From Eledone cirrhosa (lineage: Eukaryota), in assembly GCA_964016885.1 (NCBI GenBank), contig OZ024766.1, positions 8,060,001-8,124,000 on the forward strand: a stretch of DNA of 64,000 bases, given 5' to 3'. Shown here in pieces: positions 61,101-64,000 of this stretch (within the stretch, counting starts at the first letter, position 1; each line of letters starts with the position of its first letter). The position numbers were made by a program, and so were the translations under genes. The notes beneath the pieces were generated by a model. It was given only the letters and a program-made list of their open reading frames with translations, did no database searches and was not told the origin of the DNA.

Positions 61101-61367
61101 CGAGGGTCGGCTGGAAAGTTCGTAGGCTGACCAAAATACTCATGGAATGACCAAATGGGGTTTATTCTGTCAACGTAGTCCCTGGGAAGAGAGTTCAGTT
61201 ATTAATAATAACTGTTTCTACTTTTGGCACAAGGCCAGCAAATACCTAGTGCATTACTGGTACTTTATTTTATCGATCCCGTAAGGATGAAATTAATGCA
61301 AACAAGATTTCACAGGTCAAGCATTACTTCTTCATAGTCTGTCTATGAACTTTTCAGATGATCCTTG
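61101..61367. mobile_element. Mariner-type MITE with a nested SINE-B fragment
   Basis: Degenerate TIR cgagggtcggctggaaagttcgtag / ctatgaacttttcagatgatccttg-ta. Confidence 0.6.
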
Positions 61368-61413
61368 TATGTATATATATATAAATATATACATACATAC
61401 TTATACATATTTA

Positions 61414-62024
61414 TGTCAGGTCACCAGTTGGTGCTACTGGTAACATGTATCTCAGTACAACCTGTCTTATGGTCGGGTCGTTGGCGACTAAACTGGCAAC
61501 CCCACCAAGGTTTCTTGGTGAGGAGGGTGACTTTGGACATCCTGCAGGACTAAAAACAAAACCTGTCAAAGGGCAAAGGAGCTCTTAAGAGTCAATGGCC
61601 ATCCAAAATCACCGGGAGAGATGACCCCTTAGCCTTTGTCAAGGCAGAATTCTATGAGAAGGAAAACTCTGATATAACACTTGCAACCCTGATGGTATCC
61701 AATGATGTTGACTTGTTCTTCTTTTTGGTAAATATCATCTTGGTTAAGAGAGTGCGACTGGCTTTGTGCAGTGCCTTTGCTCACTATAAAAGCTTCACGG
61801 CACAGGCATTGCTTTATATCTGGAGATCTCTCTGCACTTGTCGTCACATGGTACCATGGGCCCAGCACTATGTGTCAATAATTGTCACAAGTGTAGTGTT
61901 TGTACCAGAGTTTTCAAGTCGCTGGCTGAACTAAAAAGTCACACTCGTTCAGCGCATCGGTAGGGGTTCTCCTACATGGATATAAAGTAGTGGCCGTACT
62001 CGAAAACGAGTTGGCAGCCACCAT
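61414..62024 (+). mobile_element. ~610-bp non-autonomous bipartite RTE-derived element
   Basis: 3' part encodes [25 protein letters not shown]; 5' part is UTR-like. Confidence 0.75.
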
Positions 62025-62034
62025 ATATATATGC

Positions 62035-62065
<31 letters not shown>

Positions 62066-62346
62066 TGTGTGTGTGAAGATGTATGTATATATATATAGAT
62101 GTATGTGAGTGTATATGTATATATATGTAGATGTGTGTGTATACATATATATCTTGTGTGTGTAAATGCATGTGCTGTACCTATGTGTTTATATATATAT
62201 CATCATCATTGTTTAACATCTATCTTCCAAATTAGCATGGGTTAGACGGTTTTGTTCCATTTAGAGGCAAGTTGGGTCAGGTGACCGTGTCTCGCTCGTA
62301 CAAGACTGCTAGACTCCCTGGATATATATATATATATATATATATA

Positions 62347-62886
62347 CTAGCAGATTTACCCGGGGTTTGAAATGCAACAAAGAATAAACAAGAAACAAAC
62401 GATAATTGTTTCTACTTTAGGCACAAGGCCAGCAATTACCCAGTGCATTACTGGTACTTTATTTTATCGACCCCGTAAGGATGAAAGGCAAAGTCAACCT
62501 CGGCGGGATTTGAACTCAGATCGTAAAGGGACGTAACTATCCTGGAAAGCATGGCGTCCGACCCTCTACCGATACTGCCAATCCACCGCCCTTCAAACGA
62601 TAATATTAGTGATTTATCTTCAAATGAATCTGATGTTTATATCTGTCAATAAAGTTGGTTATCTCCCTTTTTTTATAAGGATTGTCAATAAAGTTGGTTA
62701 TCTCCCTTACAACAATTTTGTTACCGATAATTTTTATATTGATTTTTCATTGCTCAACGTGGGTGTTAGCGACCTTTTCAACGTGCACAGAAAATTTCGT
62801 CAAATTCGGTTGGTAATTGTAAAATCCTTAGGTATTCAAAGTTGTACACAGACACACACACATCATTGCTTTTATATATATAAAGA
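62347..62886 (-). mobile_element. Non-autonomous Helitron with nested SINE-B (62404-62593, TSD caaacgataat)
   Basis: A|TCTTTATATATATAAAAG 5' end, cccgggtaaatctgCTAG|T 3' end. Confidence 0.75.
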
Positions 62887-62942
62887 TTAAGATAAAGATA
62901 TATATATTGTTTAAAAAATTGTAGGGCGATCAAAATTGATGT

Positions 62943-63805
62943 TACGGAGTAGGTAGACCCAGAAAAACCTGGGACAACATGATAAATCCCGACCTTGCAC
63001 ACTTACACCTCTTTAAGACAATGTCACTGGACCAAGATCTTTGGCGCCATGCAGTAATGCAGAAGACCCACCTTCCCTACGTACAAGGTTAACCTACAGT
63101 CAGTAGGCACCTCTTAACCAAATATACACCCCCCATCCCACTACCCCCACCCCCACCAACACCACCCCTTTCTCTGTAAAGTTATGTTGGTGCCACAACA
63201 TCCAGTCCTAAATAAATGAGGTCGTGTAGGTGTCACAACAAAAAAAAAACTCCACGCTGTAATGTGGCCGTGTAGGTAACACAGTAAAAAGTTCCCAGTC
63301 CACACTGTAATGTGGCCTTGTAGGTAACACAGTAAAAAGTTCCCAGTCCACGCTGTAATGTGGCCTTGTAGGTAACACAGTAAAAAGTTCCCAGTCCACA
63401 CTGTAATGTGGCCTTGTAGGTAACACAGTAAAAAGTTCCCAGTCCACGCTGTAATGTGGCCTTGTAGGTAACACAGTAAAAAGTTCCCAGTCCACACTGT
63501 AATGTGGCCTTGTAGGTAACACAGTAAAAAGTTCCCAGTCCACACTGTAATGTGGCCTTGTAGGTAACACAGTAAAAAGCTCCCAGTCCACACTGTAAAG
63601 TGGTCATGTAGGTAACACGGTAAAAACCTCCCAGTCCACACTGTAAACGTGGTTGGTGTTAGGAAGGGCATCCAGCCGTAGAAAACCCGCCAGATAGTCC
63701 TATACGAGCAAGACACGGTCTCCCGACCAATCTTGCCTCAAGTGGGACAACTCCCGTCTAACCCATACTAGCATGGAAGATAGACGTTAAACGATGATGA
63801 TGATG
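62943..63805 (+). mobile_element. RTE 3' end with a 48-bp x~8 array
   Basis: GRPRKTW remnant plus shared UTR and tail. Confidence 0.85.
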
Positions 63806-64000
63806 GTTATATGTATATACATGTATCATCATCATCATCCCCGTTTTACGATGATGATGATGATTTGTAAAATATACGTGCCAGTCAACAGCATAAACTG
63901 GCTGTATCTGGCCAGAATTCTCTCACCTGTTAGACTTTATGATGGAGGGTAGGTAAATTTGAAAAGTTGAATTATTCAGGTGAAAGTTTATATATACAGG

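Noticed and set aside
61414-61500. HDV-like ribozyme call
   Set aside because: P2/P4/J4-2-like pieces are present but I could not build a convincing P1/P3/L3; left only as a suggested test.

Overview
Eukaryotic, repeat-saturated genomic DNA, most likely from an octopod cephalopod. That assignment is inferred from the SINE/RTE families and the huge (TA)n/(TATG)n/(TCTG)n microsatellite load; no database search was run. Nearly all ORFs in the track are microsatellite, satellite or SINE artefacts. Real coding content: (1) a complete six-exon minus-strand SMPDL3-type acid sphingomyelinase-like phosphodiesterase gene (41652-59162, about 582-593 aa), with all splice phases consistent, all metal ligands intact and an unusual C-terminal transmembrane helix plus YRPL tail; (2) the terminal plus-strand exon (8423-8897) of a protein ending in a polybasic-CCTIM CaaX motif; (3) possibly a first exon of a divergent gene near 60.9 kb. 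The rest is CR1-like, RTE/RTEX and Tx1 LINE fragments, two tRNA-SINE families, piggyBac-, hAT- and mariner-type MITEs, Helitrons, and many TE-derived tandem arrays. The most interesting hidden signal is a set of type I hammerhead-ribozyme motifs inside inverted-repeat (Penelope/retrozyme-like) elements. Seven copies share one geometry with fully covarying stem II sequences. A different hammerhead sits at the tip of a ~275-nt rod-like hairpin in an SMPDL3 intron, and a half-hammerhead forms a perfect 42-bp palindrome.
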